From NCBI GenBank assembly GCA_964195975.1, contig CAXMQZ010000037.1, positions 23,721 to 87,720 on the forward strand: a DNA stretch of 64,000 nucleotides, given 5' to 3'. The notes below the pieces were generated by a model. The model was not told the origin of the DNA. It ran no database searches and saw nothing but the letters and a program-made list of their open reading frames with translations. Each line of letters opens with the position of its first letter. Positions within the stretch are counted from its first letter, which is position 1. Made by a program: the position numbers and the translations under genes. This document shows, one piece after another, positions 48,586 through 57,445 of the stretch. The stretch is from an uncultured Polyangiaceae bacterium. Lineage in GTDB: Bacteria > Acidobacteriota > Thermoanaerobaculia > Multivoradales > JAHEKO01.

Positions 48586-49981
48586 GATCAATCCACTCCA
48601 GGTAGAGCTCAATGCGCCCCAATGTCAACGCTATGCGGGCCAGGGCGAGCTGATACTGAGCTTCTTGCTCGATGACTATCGCACCGAGCTCGTAGTATTG
48701 GCCGTAGGCGTCTACCAGCCGGTCGACGCTACCAAGACCGAGGTCCCAATTATCACCGCTTAGTCTCAGCCAGCGTTTTGCCGCCTTCTTGGATCTCTTG
48801 GCAGCATCGAGTAAATCTGAGAGAGCCTTTGCTTCCGCATAGGCTCGGGTGACCTCGATAATCAGTCGATCTTCGAGAACCGACAGTTGCTCGATGGCTT
48901 CCTGCCGCTCGACAGATGATTGGCTGATGGCCAGTCGGTGATCGGCAAACTTGAGGTTCCACCGAAGACCCAAGAAACCACCGATTGTCCGCAGGTTGAA
49001 TGGATCCAGAATGAAAGGATTTCTGATATCGGTTCGGTTTGGAGCGCGAGCGTAGGCCCCACCCAAAGCGAGAAAGATGTCGGGCCACCTGGACGCCTCG
49101 GCTAGCGCCAATTTACTATCGAGTGCGCCGAGGCCGGCACGGGCTTGTTGGATCGGCGGACTCGAATCCATTGCCATTGTGATTAGTGAGTCCAACATGT
49201 CCTCGTCTGGTAGCCCCGGTGTCCCCGCAGGAGCGAAGCTATCCGAATCGAGCTTGCCCCAGTCGAGCAGGACCTCCAACGATGCACCCGCAATCTCCTG
49301 ATTCTTGACACTCTGTCTGCCCGCGGCTCTAATCCCGTACTCGAAGCTCTGCACTTCGAATAGGCGTGTGTCATCTACGTCGGAGTCGGGGTCATTCGCA
49401 GCTCGCTCGACCTCCTCGAGCAATCTCTCGTAGTCCTTTTGCAAATCCTCGGCCAGATTGACACCACGATTTGCCGATTCAAACCCCCAAAACGCCTGCA
49501 CGACTTGGAATCCGAGCTTCGCAGCTGTGAAATCTCTACCGAACTCCCGTACGAGAACACCCTGCTCGGCCGCGGCTCGAGCGGAGGCGATCTTTCCAAA
49601 AGTCGTAAGCGGCTGGGCGATCCTAAGGTCGAATCGATAAAATACCCCCAGATTGTTGAGGTCTTCGTTGGAGTCCGGTGACTCGAAGATGTTTCCTTTT
49701 GCTTGCGGGACCAAACCCGTCTTGAAGTCGAGATCGATACTGGGTAGTTTTGTGTTCTTGACTTCCTTGACGTCGAGCTCGGCACGCTGCACTTTGTAGC
49801 GCTCGGCCTGAACGACTGGATGGGTCGCAAGGGCGTGTTCGACGGCTTCGCGTAGGGTATGGCGTGCGGAGTCGTCAACCGCGTCGGTCGTCTGGCTGTG
49901 GGTCACTTCGGGGATTAAAAGGCACAAGAACAGTACTGTCCACGGTAGCGACCGCGGGCTGTTTGACAATGAATTGTGCAC
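48563..49981 (-). CDS. TolC-family outer-membrane efflux channel
   Basis: 472 aa. Signal peptide plus an internally duplicated helical/beta structure. The N-terminal ...LREAVEHALATHPVVQAERYKVQRAELDVKEVK is the typical OEP start. Confidence 0.75.
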   Translation of the reverse strand: MHNSLSNSPRSLPWTVLFLCLLIPEVTHSQTTDAVDDSARHTLREAVEHALATHPVVQAERYKVQRAELDVKEVKNTKLPSIDLDFKTGLVPQAKGNIFESPDSNEDLNNLGVFYRFDLRIAQPLTTFGKIASARAAAEQGVLVREFGRDFTAAKLGFQVVQAFWGFESANRGVNLAEDLQKDYERLLEEVERAANDPDSDVDDTRLFEVQSFEYGIRAAGRQSVKNQEIAGASLEVLLDWGKLDSDSFAPAGTPGLPDEDMLDSLITMAMDSSPPIQQARAGLGALDSKLALAEASRWPDIFLALGGAYARAPNRTDIRNPFILDPFNLRTIGGFLGLRWNLKFADHRLAISQSSVERQEAIEQLSVLEDRLIIEVTRAYAEAKALSDLLDAAKRSKKAAKRWLRLSGDNWDLGLGSVDRLVDAYGQYYELGAIVIEQEAQYQLALARIALTLGRIELYLEWIDHETVEIS

Positions 49982-50080
49982 TCTTAGGACGGACCCTGGA
50001 CTTAGTTCAACACTTGGAGTCGAGCGGGGTGGCTCAGATCTTCTACGAGCGGGACGGCGTTCCAGCTTCGCGCGATCGGA

Positions 50081-50764
50081 TCACCGTGTGGTCCGTACTC
50101 TTCGTTCCCTGGAGATACGGGTTCCAAACGCCATGTCCCAGATGACGCTGCTGACACCGAACCCGCGGTCGGGATCATGGTAATGGTGCACCACATGGTG
50201 TTCTTGGAGACGCTTCCAGATAGGGTGGCGAAGCGGCGCATGATAAACGGCGTAATGGATCATGTCGTAGGCTAGATAGCCGACCAGAAACCCGGCTGAT
50301 GCAGCATAAAAGACACCACCATTTCCGAGGGTCAGCCGAAATAGCAGGTAGAAAGGAATCACCAGAATCACTGCCAGGAGCGGTGGCATCACAAGCCGTT
50401 TCTGATCGTTTGGGTAGTCGTGGTGAATACCGTGTAGCAGGAAGTGCCACCTTTTCCCCAGATCGCTCGAGGGTTCGTAGTGAAATACGAACCGGTGAAG
50501 CAAGTATTCGGACAAGGTCCAAAAGAAGACGCCACCCGTAAAGAAGAGAAGCAGCTGCGCGGGCTGGTTGCCTGAAAATTGTGCGGCTTTATACAGACAA
50601 AAGCCGACTATCGGAACCCAAAAAATCAGAGGGTAGGACCAGTGGACGTATGACTGAGCGTCGAGCGTTGGGTTTTTGAAGAGTCGGATCGACTCCTTCG
50701 CGTTTGAAACATACATTTTGGACACTTGGATCTCACCTCCGCGGAGACCGGCGCATCCCTCCAC
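50081..50764 (-). CDS. Fatty-acid hydroxylase superfamily (sterol desaturase/FA2H-like di-iron membrane enzyme)
   Basis: Four His boxes: HRFVFHY, HGIHHDYP, HYAVYH, HHVVHHYH. Confidence 0.8.
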   Translation of the reverse strand: MEGCAGLRGGEIQVSKMYVSNAKESIRLFKNPTLDAQSYVHWSYPLIFWVPIVGFCLYKAAQFSGNQPAQLLLFFTGGVFFWTLSEYLLHRFVFHYEPSSDLGKRWHFLLHGIHHDYPNDQKRLVMPPLLAVILVIPFYLLFRLTLGNGGVFYAASAGFLVGYLAYDMIHYAVYHAPLRHPIWKRLQEHHVVHHYHDPDRGFGVSSVIWDMAFGTRISRERRVRTTR

Positions 50765-50841
50765 AAACGCGCCCTACTTTGCCGTCTTATGCCTGGACAA
50801 AACGGCTGACAACGTCGAAGTATACTGTACTCGATGAGAGG

Positions 50842-51813
50842 CGAACCGTGTTAGAGATCCTGACCCGGCTCAAAGCGGACCTGCAGCGTGTAGGGAAGCC
50901 TCGAGAGGTTGAAGGTGTTCTGGATCGCTTTCTCATCCGACCTTGCGGGTATGTAATAGCGCGATGGCTGACGCCGAGTTGGGTAAGCCCCAATTTTCTG
51001 TCGTTGTTGGCCTTAGCCTTCGGATGGCTCACCGCTTACTGTCTCTTTGAAACGGCCAGATTGGGAAACCTTCCCGTCTACTCCGGGCTTGCCGCTCTGT
51101 CGATGGTACTTCACTCTGCTTTCGACAGCGCCGACGGTCAGCTGGCCCGTGCTAGAGGGACGACCAGTGAGTTTGGCCGCATACTCGATGGGATATGTGA
51201 CTATCTCAGTTTTGCAGCTATCTATCTGGCTATCGGTCTCGGTCTGGGAGTCAGAGCAGGAACGGGAATGACTCCCTTCGTTCTTTCAGCGGTGGCGGCG
51301 GGTCTATCGCATGGCCTTCAGTGCGCTGTGGTCGAGAATCAACGCAATCTGTACCGACACTACGTACATGGCGCCGAGCTTCCCTTCGACGCTTCAGAGC
51401 CCGAACCAGGTGCGCAGATCGAGAGCGAGTTGGGCTTCCTACAACTCATACACGGGGCCTACTCCAAGCTTCAGATGGTTTTTGGGGGCTCGAGTCTTCG
51501 CTTGTGGCGCAAGGTCGACGGCTGGCAGCAGAGCCATTCTAGCGACTCGGATCGAATCGTTGGCCTGATAGTTGCTAATAACTTGAAGCGATTGCCTTTG
51601 TGGGCCCTGCTGGCGCCAAATTCTCACAAAGTAGGGATGATCGTCGGAGCTTTTATTCCAGTAGGAAGCAGTACGGTTTTCGGAGAACTGGGTCTGTTTT
51701 GGTACTTTCTCTATGTCGTTGTAGGTCTGAATCTACTGATGATCGTAATGATTTTCACCCAATCATTGGTAGATCGCCGAACCTGGGTTGCGCTAATGGA
51801 AGATTCCCACTGA
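50842..51813 (+). CDS. CDP-alcohol phosphatidyltransferase family protein; start uncertain (ORF opens at 50704, overlapping the hydroxylase; GTG near 50842 with GAGAGG upstream)
   Basis: Signature D-x2-DG-x2-AR-x8-G-x3-D-x3-D as DSADGQLARARGTTSEFGRILDGICD. Confidence 0.75.
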   Translation, partial: RTVLEILTRLKADLQRVGKPREVEGVLDRFLIRPCGYVIARWLTPSWVSPNFLSLLALAFGWLTAYCLFETARLGNLPVYSGLAALSMVLHSAFDSADGQLARARGTTSEFGRILDGICDYLSFAAIYLAIGLGLGVRAGTGMTPFVLSAVAAGLSHGLQCAVVENQRNLYRHYVHGAELPFDASEPEPGAQIESELGFLQLIHGAYSKLQMVFGGSSLRLWRKVDGWQQSHSSDSDRIVGLIVANNLKRLPLWALLAPNSHKVGMIVGAFIPVGSSTVFGELGLFWYFLYVVVGLNLLMIVMIFTQSLVDRRTWVALMEDSH

Positions 51814-51814
51814 A

Positions 51815-53152
51815 GTGCTCGGGCGCGATGGCTCGACTAGCCGGAACAAGTCTCGGACGATGAGATCAATCGTCACTGTTACAACTCCCCGTGCCTTCGA
51901 CGAGCTCGGCGGACTCATGTTGTGGCAACGTGTGATCAGGACTCTGGGACATCTAGGCTCAGAGTCGGTTCAACTGATCATCGTTCCCGAATTGTCTGAG
52001 TTGGGATTGAAAGAGAGTGTGTGGCAAGAGTCGTATCTCGATGATGGCGATATCCAGGCCGTTGCGGGGAAGTCTCTGACTTCGGTCGATCTCCTCGAGA
52101 TGGCCGGGGAGGGCGAGGGGCCGATTCTTGTCGTGCCCGGAGAATCCGTTTTTGACCCGCGGATCCTCGAATTCTGTTTGAACCAGACCGCTCCGGTTGC
52201 CTGCGTCGACCGAGATCCGCCGGCAGAGTGGCGAGCACTGGTGGAAAACGCCCCACGGGTCGGCGATGCTCGATTCTGTGGTCCCGTGGTAGTAACAGAT
52301 GAATGGCTGAATCGGTATCCAGGGGACTTTCCTGACGCTGTCGCAAAGACTATTGCGCATGGATCACTGCCGACAGTTGACGTCGACTCCTTGCCGACAA
52401 GAGCAGGGAATCTACGACGAGATGTCAGACCCTTTTGGTTCCCAGCGCCAGATTCCAAAGACAGAAGCTTGGCAAGGCGTCTGCTGTTGTCTTCGACTCA
52501 GAAGGGCTCACTCGACCTTCCTGCAATGGTTCATGCTCCGATTGAGAAGCTCGTGGCCTGGAGCCTGGCGGGGACCAAGATCACTCCCAACATGGTCACT
52601 GTTCTGACTACTCTGGTTGCCTGGGTTGCCACCGTCATGTTTATCCGGGGCCATCTTGTCACCGGTCTCGTACTTGCTCTGATGGTTGGAGTATTGGATG
52701 GTGTTGACGGCAAACTGGCGCGTCTACGATTCGAGTTCTCCAGATTCGGCGAGCTCGAGCACTGGCTGGATTTTCTGTACGAATGGTCGTGGTGGGTCGC
52801 GCTGGCCTACTACTTCTCGAGCTCTGGTCTGCTCCCACAAGCCTGGCGCGTTCTTGGACTGCTAGCCTTCTTCGAAGTTGTCGATGGCTTGGCCAAGGCG
52901 ATCAGTATTGTCTCGTTTGGGCGTCTCATCGACGAAATATCTCCGTTTGAAAGGATGGTGCGAATCTTTGGTGGTAGGCGTAACGTATATATTTGGCTCA
53001 TGGTTCTCGGAACGGTCTTGGGAAAGCCTGCAGCGGCCTTTGAGATTTTGCCAATCTGGCAGGGAGCTACCGCGATTCTTCACTGGATAAGACTCCCCTG
53101 GCTTTTTGCCAATTCTCGTAAAGAGCAGCGGATAGGTGGAATCACCGGATGA
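51815..53152 (+). CDS. Two-domain protein: N-terminal ~230-aa soluble domain (possibly degenerate nucleotidyltransferase-like) fused to a CDP-alcohol phosphatidyltransferase membrane domain
   Basis: C-terminal domain has LDGVDGKLARLRFEFSRFGELEHWLD (CDP-OH_P_transf-like). The N-terminal domain lacks a clear GxGTR motif. Confidence 0.6.
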   Translation: MLGRDGSTSRNKSRTMRSIVTVTTPRAFDELGGLMLWQRVIRTLGHLGSESVQLIIVPELSELGLKESVWQESYLDDGDIQAVAGKSLTSVDLLEMAGEGEGPILVVPGESVFDPRILEFCLNQTAPVACVDRDPPAEWRALVENAPRVGDARFCGPVVVTDEWLNRYPGDFPDAVAKTIAHGSLPTVDVDSLPTRAGNLRRDVRPFWFPAPDSKDRSLARRLLLSSTQKGSLDLPAMVHAPIEKLVAWSLAGTKITPNMVTVLTTLVAWVATVMFIRGHLVTGLVLALMVGVLDGVDGKLARLRFEFSRFGELEHWLDFLYEWSWWVALAYYFSSSGLLPQAWRVLGLLAFFEVVDGLAKAISIVSFGRLIDEISPFERMVRIFGGRRNVYIWLMVLGTVLGKPAAAFEILPIWQGATAILHWIRLPWLFANSRKEQRIGGITG

Positions 53153-55563
53153 TGGACCGGTTGTGGCGGATTGTCTCGCGGGTCTCAGCAGAACATACCT
53201 GGTGGGTGCTGGGCATGACCCTGTTGGTCAGTATTCCTGCCTTCTTGTCGGTAAAGAATATCGGGCTCGACACCAACCTGAAGCGACTTCTTCCTGAGCA
53301 TGCGCCGTCGGTCCGGTGGAGCCGCGAGCTCGAGGAGTCGGTCGGAGACGGGGGGTACTTCGCGATCCTAATAGAGGGAGATGATCGTCAAGTATTGATC
53401 ACTACGATCGAAGAAATAGCCGACAGGGTAGGGGATCTCCCCTCGATTCAATCAGTTGATTATCGAAACCCCAAAGAGTTTGTCGACGAGTATCGCTACA
53501 CCCTGCTACCCAACTCACTTCTCGAGGAGCTCAGAGACGAGATCGAGCGGTGGGAGATCGAAGTCAATCCGTTTCTACTCGACCTGGATGCCCCCGAGAC
53601 CTCCGATACCCAAGCTGATGACGACGAGGAGGATGCCGATCGCTTGGAGAAATTCCTGACTCACTACGTGCATATGGACGAATATCAGGCCGACTCGGAG
53701 GGTCGTATTTTTGGCATGATCATTAGACCCAAGGAAGGTATCTCGAATCTAGCCAGCCTGAGAGAGCTGTACGGTGAGCTTCAGAGGATCACTGCCGAAT
53801 CGGTCGAGGGGAAGGGGTTGTGGTGGGGCATCGGAGGTAATCTTCGTACGCGGGTCGACGAGTTCGATCTGATCGTCTCGGATCTAGGAAGGGCCGGATG
53901 GGTCTCGGCAATAGCGATTCTGCTGACTTTGGCGATCAGCTTTCGGTCCTTCAAAGTCCTGCCAGTTATCCTCTACCCTTTGGCGATGGGTCTTCTGTGG
54001 TCGTTCTGCTTTGTCCCGACTTTGGTGGGAGATCTGAATACTATTACCGCGTTTCTCTTGTTGGTGTTGTTTGGCATGGGCGTGGACTATGCAATCCACC
54101 TCGTGAGCCGATTTGAGGTCGAATTGACCTCGCGGTCTCCCGAAGAGGCGCTAGAGGAGACCCTTCGATCGACAGGTAGATCGGTAGCGACCTCCGGTGC
54201 GACTACGGCCATAGCTCTACTGATTCTGTCGGTGTCCGATTTTAGGGGTTTTTCGGACTTTGGCATCATCGGCGGAACCTCGATCGGAGTCATCACATTG
54301 GCAATGCTTTTTGTATGGCCGGCCTGTGCCGTCGCCGGCGTCAAGCTCGGACTCGTCTCGGCGGGAAAGCCCTCGACCGAGGGATGGGCTCTACCGCTCC
54401 CAGGGCCTATCGTAATAGTTGGGGTGTTAACGCTTGTTGGCCTATCGATATTCGCCGCTCGGGAGTACCTTCAGTTCGACTACGACTTCACCAAATTAAG
54501 CGCCACTATCCCGGGCAAGGAAGAGATCAACGAGAAACAGAGAAAGGTCTATCCTGCCACCTCTGCACCTGCGGCTCTCTATGTAGCCAGAGACCTCGAA
54601 GCTCTCGATCAGATTATGGCTTTGCTGGAGAAAAAGCGCGACGAAGCAGCCGATTCCCCGACTATTGGCACGATCAACAGCATCAGAAATTTCGCTCCGA
54701 GCCGTTCGCAGTTCGACCGTCGACTCGAGACTATCGCCGAGATGCGGGATTCACTCCAAGGTCGGTGGGTAAGAAAGATCGACGATCCTGATCGAAAGGA
54801 GATCATTGAAGACTTTCTGGCATTCGAGCCACCGAACAACCCCCCACGCATCGACGAGGTTCCAGTATCGATCAGCCGAGAGCTGATGGCTCGCGATGGC
54901 TCTGGAGCGTTGGTGACCGTCGACACCGATGGGCGCAGTCGGGATGGCAGGATGGCCATGGCGTTTACCAGGGACCTTTATGAGATCGACCTTCCTGAGG
55001 GCGTGCGGGGACCCACAGGTGAAAAACTCGTACTTGCGGAGATACTTTTCCTGGTCACCGGCGAGAGTGCCTGGATTGTGGCTCTCACTTTTGGAGGGAT
55101 TTTTATCCTGGTCCTCCTGGATCGGAGATCGGTCATCCAGACAGTCTGGGTCTTGGTGCCGCTGGCGGCTGGCATTCTTCTGACTCTGGGAGCCATGGTA
55201 GTACTCGGCTGGAAGCTGAATTTCTTCAATCTGGTCGTACTGCCAACGATGTTAGGAGTTGGGGTGGATCATGGTGTGCACTACTACCGGCGATGGCGGG
55301 AGGTCGACGGCGACACCCGTTCGACCCACTACGAGTTGTTTGGACCCATCACGATCGCGTCGGTAACCACGATGATGGGTTATCTCGGCATGGTGCTCGC
55401 ACACCACCCAGGCTTGCGCTCGATCGGACTGCTCGCGCTTGTCGGATTGACGGCTACCTGGTTTACAGCTCTGGTGCTGCTACCGGGTCTTCTTTGCTGG
55501 CAGAGGGGTTGTATGCCAGGTCTTCTTCGATTGCAGAAGAGTCCTAGGACTGAAAGTTCGTAA
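53149..55563 (+). CDS. MMPL/RND-superfamily exporter (HpnN/MmpL-like lipid transporter)
   Basis: 804 aa with two 6-TM bundles, each preceded by a large periplasmic domain. 4-nt overlap with the upstream gene. Confidence 0.8.
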   Translation: MMDRLWRIVSRVSAEHTWWVLGMTLLVSIPAFLSVKNIGLDTNLKRLLPEHAPSVRWSRELEESVGDGGYFAILIEGDDRQVLITTIEEIADRVGDLPSIQSVDYRNPKEFVDEYRYTLLPNSLLEELRDEIERWEIEVNPFLLDLDAPETSDTQADDDEEDADRLEKFLTHYVHMDEYQADSEGRIFGMIIRPKEGISNLASLRELYGELQRITAESVEGKGLWWGIGGNLRTRVDEFDLIVSDLGRAGWVSAIAILLTLAISFRSFKVLPVILYPLAMGLLWSFCFVPTLVGDLNTITAFLLLVLFGMGVDYAIHLVSRFEVELTSRSPEEALEETLRSTGRSVATSGATTAIALLILSVSDFRGFSDFGIIGGTSIGVITLAMLFVWPACAVAGVKLGLVSAGKPSTEGWALPLPGPIVIVGVLTLVGLSIFAAREYLQFDYDFTKLSATIPGKEEINEKQRKVYPATSAPAALYVARDLEALDQIMALLEKKRDEAADSPTIGTINSIRNFAPSRSQFDRRLETIAEMRDSLQGRWVRKIDDPDRKEIIEDFLAFEPPNNPPRIDEVPVSISRELMARDGSGALVTVDTDGRSRDGRMAMAFTRDLYEIDLPEGVRGPTGEKLVLAEILFLVTGESAWIVALTFGGIFILVLLDRRSVIQTVWVLVPLAAGILLTLGAMVVLGWKLNFFNLVVLPTMLGVGVDHGVHYYRRWREVDGDTRSTHYELFGPITIASVTTMMGYLGMVLAHHPGLRSIGLLALVGLTATWFTALVLLPGLLCWQRGCMPGLLRLQKSPRTESS

Positions 55564-55603
55564 CGAGATTCTCTGTTCGGGACGGGGACCTGGCACAGTT
55601 CGA

Positions 55604-56554
55604 CTATTCGGATTCTTGCCGTCGAAAGGAATCCGTAGCTGATGCCCTCCGCACGCACGAGATCGTGCACCGGTCTTCGCAGCCCTTTCGAGTATAGAAC
55701 TCTCTCAGGCGATGATCTTTGGTGTACTCGCTCAACGGGATACCAGGATCATTTCGTCGCTGACTGCAGTATGAGACGATCCCGTCCTCATCTACATAGA
55801 GATACCGGGCGCCAGCGCGGCATTTCCAGGGAGCCGAACCGTCTCTAATGATCTTCGACTCCCAGCCTTCACCAACGTGGTGGAGAAGGCTCTTACGGCT
55901 TCGCCCATGAATCTCTTGATAGAAATCCGCCAGACTGTCGCCGAGAAGACCGGGGTCGAGTTGGCCCTCCTGGTCATGCATCAGGCCGACGGTCATATAA
56001 AAGCCCATTTCTTGAACACCCTGCACGACCTCACGTGTTTCCTCGAGGTTGCTGGATCCGAGCACGGCGTTGACGGTCACCTTGAACTTGGCATGATCGC
56101 GCAGCAGGGCCAGACGCTCCTTTAGACTCGACCAGGATTTTTCGGAAACTTCGTTGGGCTCCAGGTTGTCGATTGAGACCTGTAGGATCGTGAGCCCGGA
56201 GTCGTTGAGTCGCTCGATCCAGCGTGAAGTCAAGGTGTATCCGTTCGTGATCGACGTACAAACCATCCCGCGCGATACTGCGTAGCGGATCAATTCGTCC
56301 AACATTGGATGGAGAAGAGGCTCACCGCCCGTCAGGGTCAATACAACTGTGCCTGCATCGGCAATTTGATCGATGCGCTCGATCAAGTCTCTGGTGTCGA
56401 CTGGCGGAGAAACGTGGTCAAACTCGTTACAGTACCCGCAGGCAAGATTGCAGCGACGGGTGACAACTAGTTGGACAAGGACAGGTTTTGAAGGCGAAAG
56501 TATTGCCGCGCCCGCTCGGGCCAGGGAGCGAATAGGTGGGTTGGGTAGAAGCAT
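55604..56554 (-). CDS. Radical SAM enzyme with C-terminal Cys-rich (twitch/SPASM-like) region, function unknown
   Basis: CNLACGYC (CxxxCxxC) and GGEPLL. C-terminal cysteines ...WKCRAGARY...SYCSQ...KGCEDRCTISC. Confidence 0.75.
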   Translation of the reverse strand: MLLPNPPIRSLARAGAAILSPSKPVLVQLVVTRRCNLACGYCNEFDHVSPPVDTRDLIERIDQIADAGTVVLTLTGGEPLLHPMLDELIRYAVSRGMVCTSITNGYTLTSRWIERLNDSGLTILQVSIDNLEPNEVSEKSWSSLKERLALLRDHAKFKVTVNAVLGSSNLEETREVVQGVQEMGFYMTVGLMHDQEGQLDPGLLGDSLADFYQEIHGRSRKSLLHHVGEGWESKIIRDGSAPWKCRAGARYLYVDEDGIVSYCSQRRNDPGIPLSEYTKDHRLREFYTRKGCEDRCTISCVRRASATDSFRRQESE

Positions 56555-56569
56555 CGGTGGTAGGTCTGG

Positions 56570-57343
56570 CTAGTCTGAGGTCGATCGAACGGATAGCTCG
56601 GTCAACAGATCGCGGGCGTCGGATGTTGCCAGGCGAAGATCGTCCGGTGTGTCGATATCGATCCACATGCGTGGTCCAGGGAGAGTCGCAGCCAGGACCA
56701 ATCCCTTGGAAGCGCAGTGCCGAACACCGTCGGAGAGTGAGAACCGGGAATTTGCCTGTGCGGTCTCGAGACCCTCTGCAAGAGTTTTGGTGCAATAGAA
56801 AAGCCCGGAATCACCGGCATCCCACGACGTAAGCTCTTTACCGATGGCGACTACGTGACCGGCTTCGGTTTGTACTTTTGTCAGATCATCGAGATCGACG
56901 ATCGATCCCGGAAAGGGATCCACGGCCAGAGTGATCTTGTCTGCGTCCATGTCAAAATCGATCAGGTACCTGATCATCTGGGGAGAGAACAAGTGGTCAG
57001 CCATAGAAAGTAGGAACGGTCGCGGCGAGAAGGATCGAGCGAGGGCCAAAGCCGTGACACCGTTTCCCTTCTCCCAACCCTGGACGGTCACGAACTCGAT
57101 ATCGATCCCAAGTCGTTCAGCAATATCCAAGTAGTTATTACGCACCATGTCGGCTTTGAACCCGAGCCCGACTCGGAACTCGCGCACTCCGGCGGCGTAG
57201 AATGCATTCAGACTCCACTCCGCAATGGTTGCCCCATGAAGTGGCATGCATGGCTTCGGTAGTTTCTCGTCCACTCCTCGCAGCCGGGTGCCTTCACCGG
57301 CAGCGAGAATGGAGACGGGTAGGGGTAGAGCAGTCTCCATCAC
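56570..57343 (-). CDS. Nucleotidyltransferase (sugar/alcohol-phosphate cytidylyl-/guanylyltransferase fold); candidate CTP:inositol-1-phosphate cytidylyltransferase
   Basis: ILAAGEGTRL (GxGTRL) motif near the N-terminus. 257 aa. Adjacent to inositol-3-phosphate synthase. Confidence 0.65.
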   Translation of the reverse strand: MMETALPLPVSILAAGEGTRLRGVDEKLPKPCMPLHGATIAEWSLNAFYAAGVREFRVGLGFKADMVRNNYLDIAERLGIDIEFVTVQGWEKGNGVTALALARSFSPRPFLLSMADHLFSPQMIRYLIDFDMDADKITLAVDPFPGSIVDLDDLTKVQTEAGHVVAIGKELTSWDAGDSGLFYCTKTLAEGLETAQANSRFSLSDGVRHCASKGLVLAATLPGPRMWIDIDTPDDLRLATSDARDLLTELSVRSTSD

Positions 57344-57445
57344 GCGATTACCTGCCCTTCCAGCTTTTCGCTGGTGGTGGCTTGGGCCTTCGGCGATTCA
57401 AAATCGGTCTCGCCTATTAGCCCGCGCGGTCGTGAATCATGCGCG

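Noticed and set aside
51815-52500. Annotating the N-terminal domain of 51815-53152 as a definite CTP:inositol-phosphate cytidylyltransferase (IPCT/DIPPS-type bifunctional enzyme)
   Set aside because: No GxGTR(L/M) nucleotide-binding motif is visible in that segment. Similarity is limited to the hydrophobic pattern, so it is reported only as a possibility
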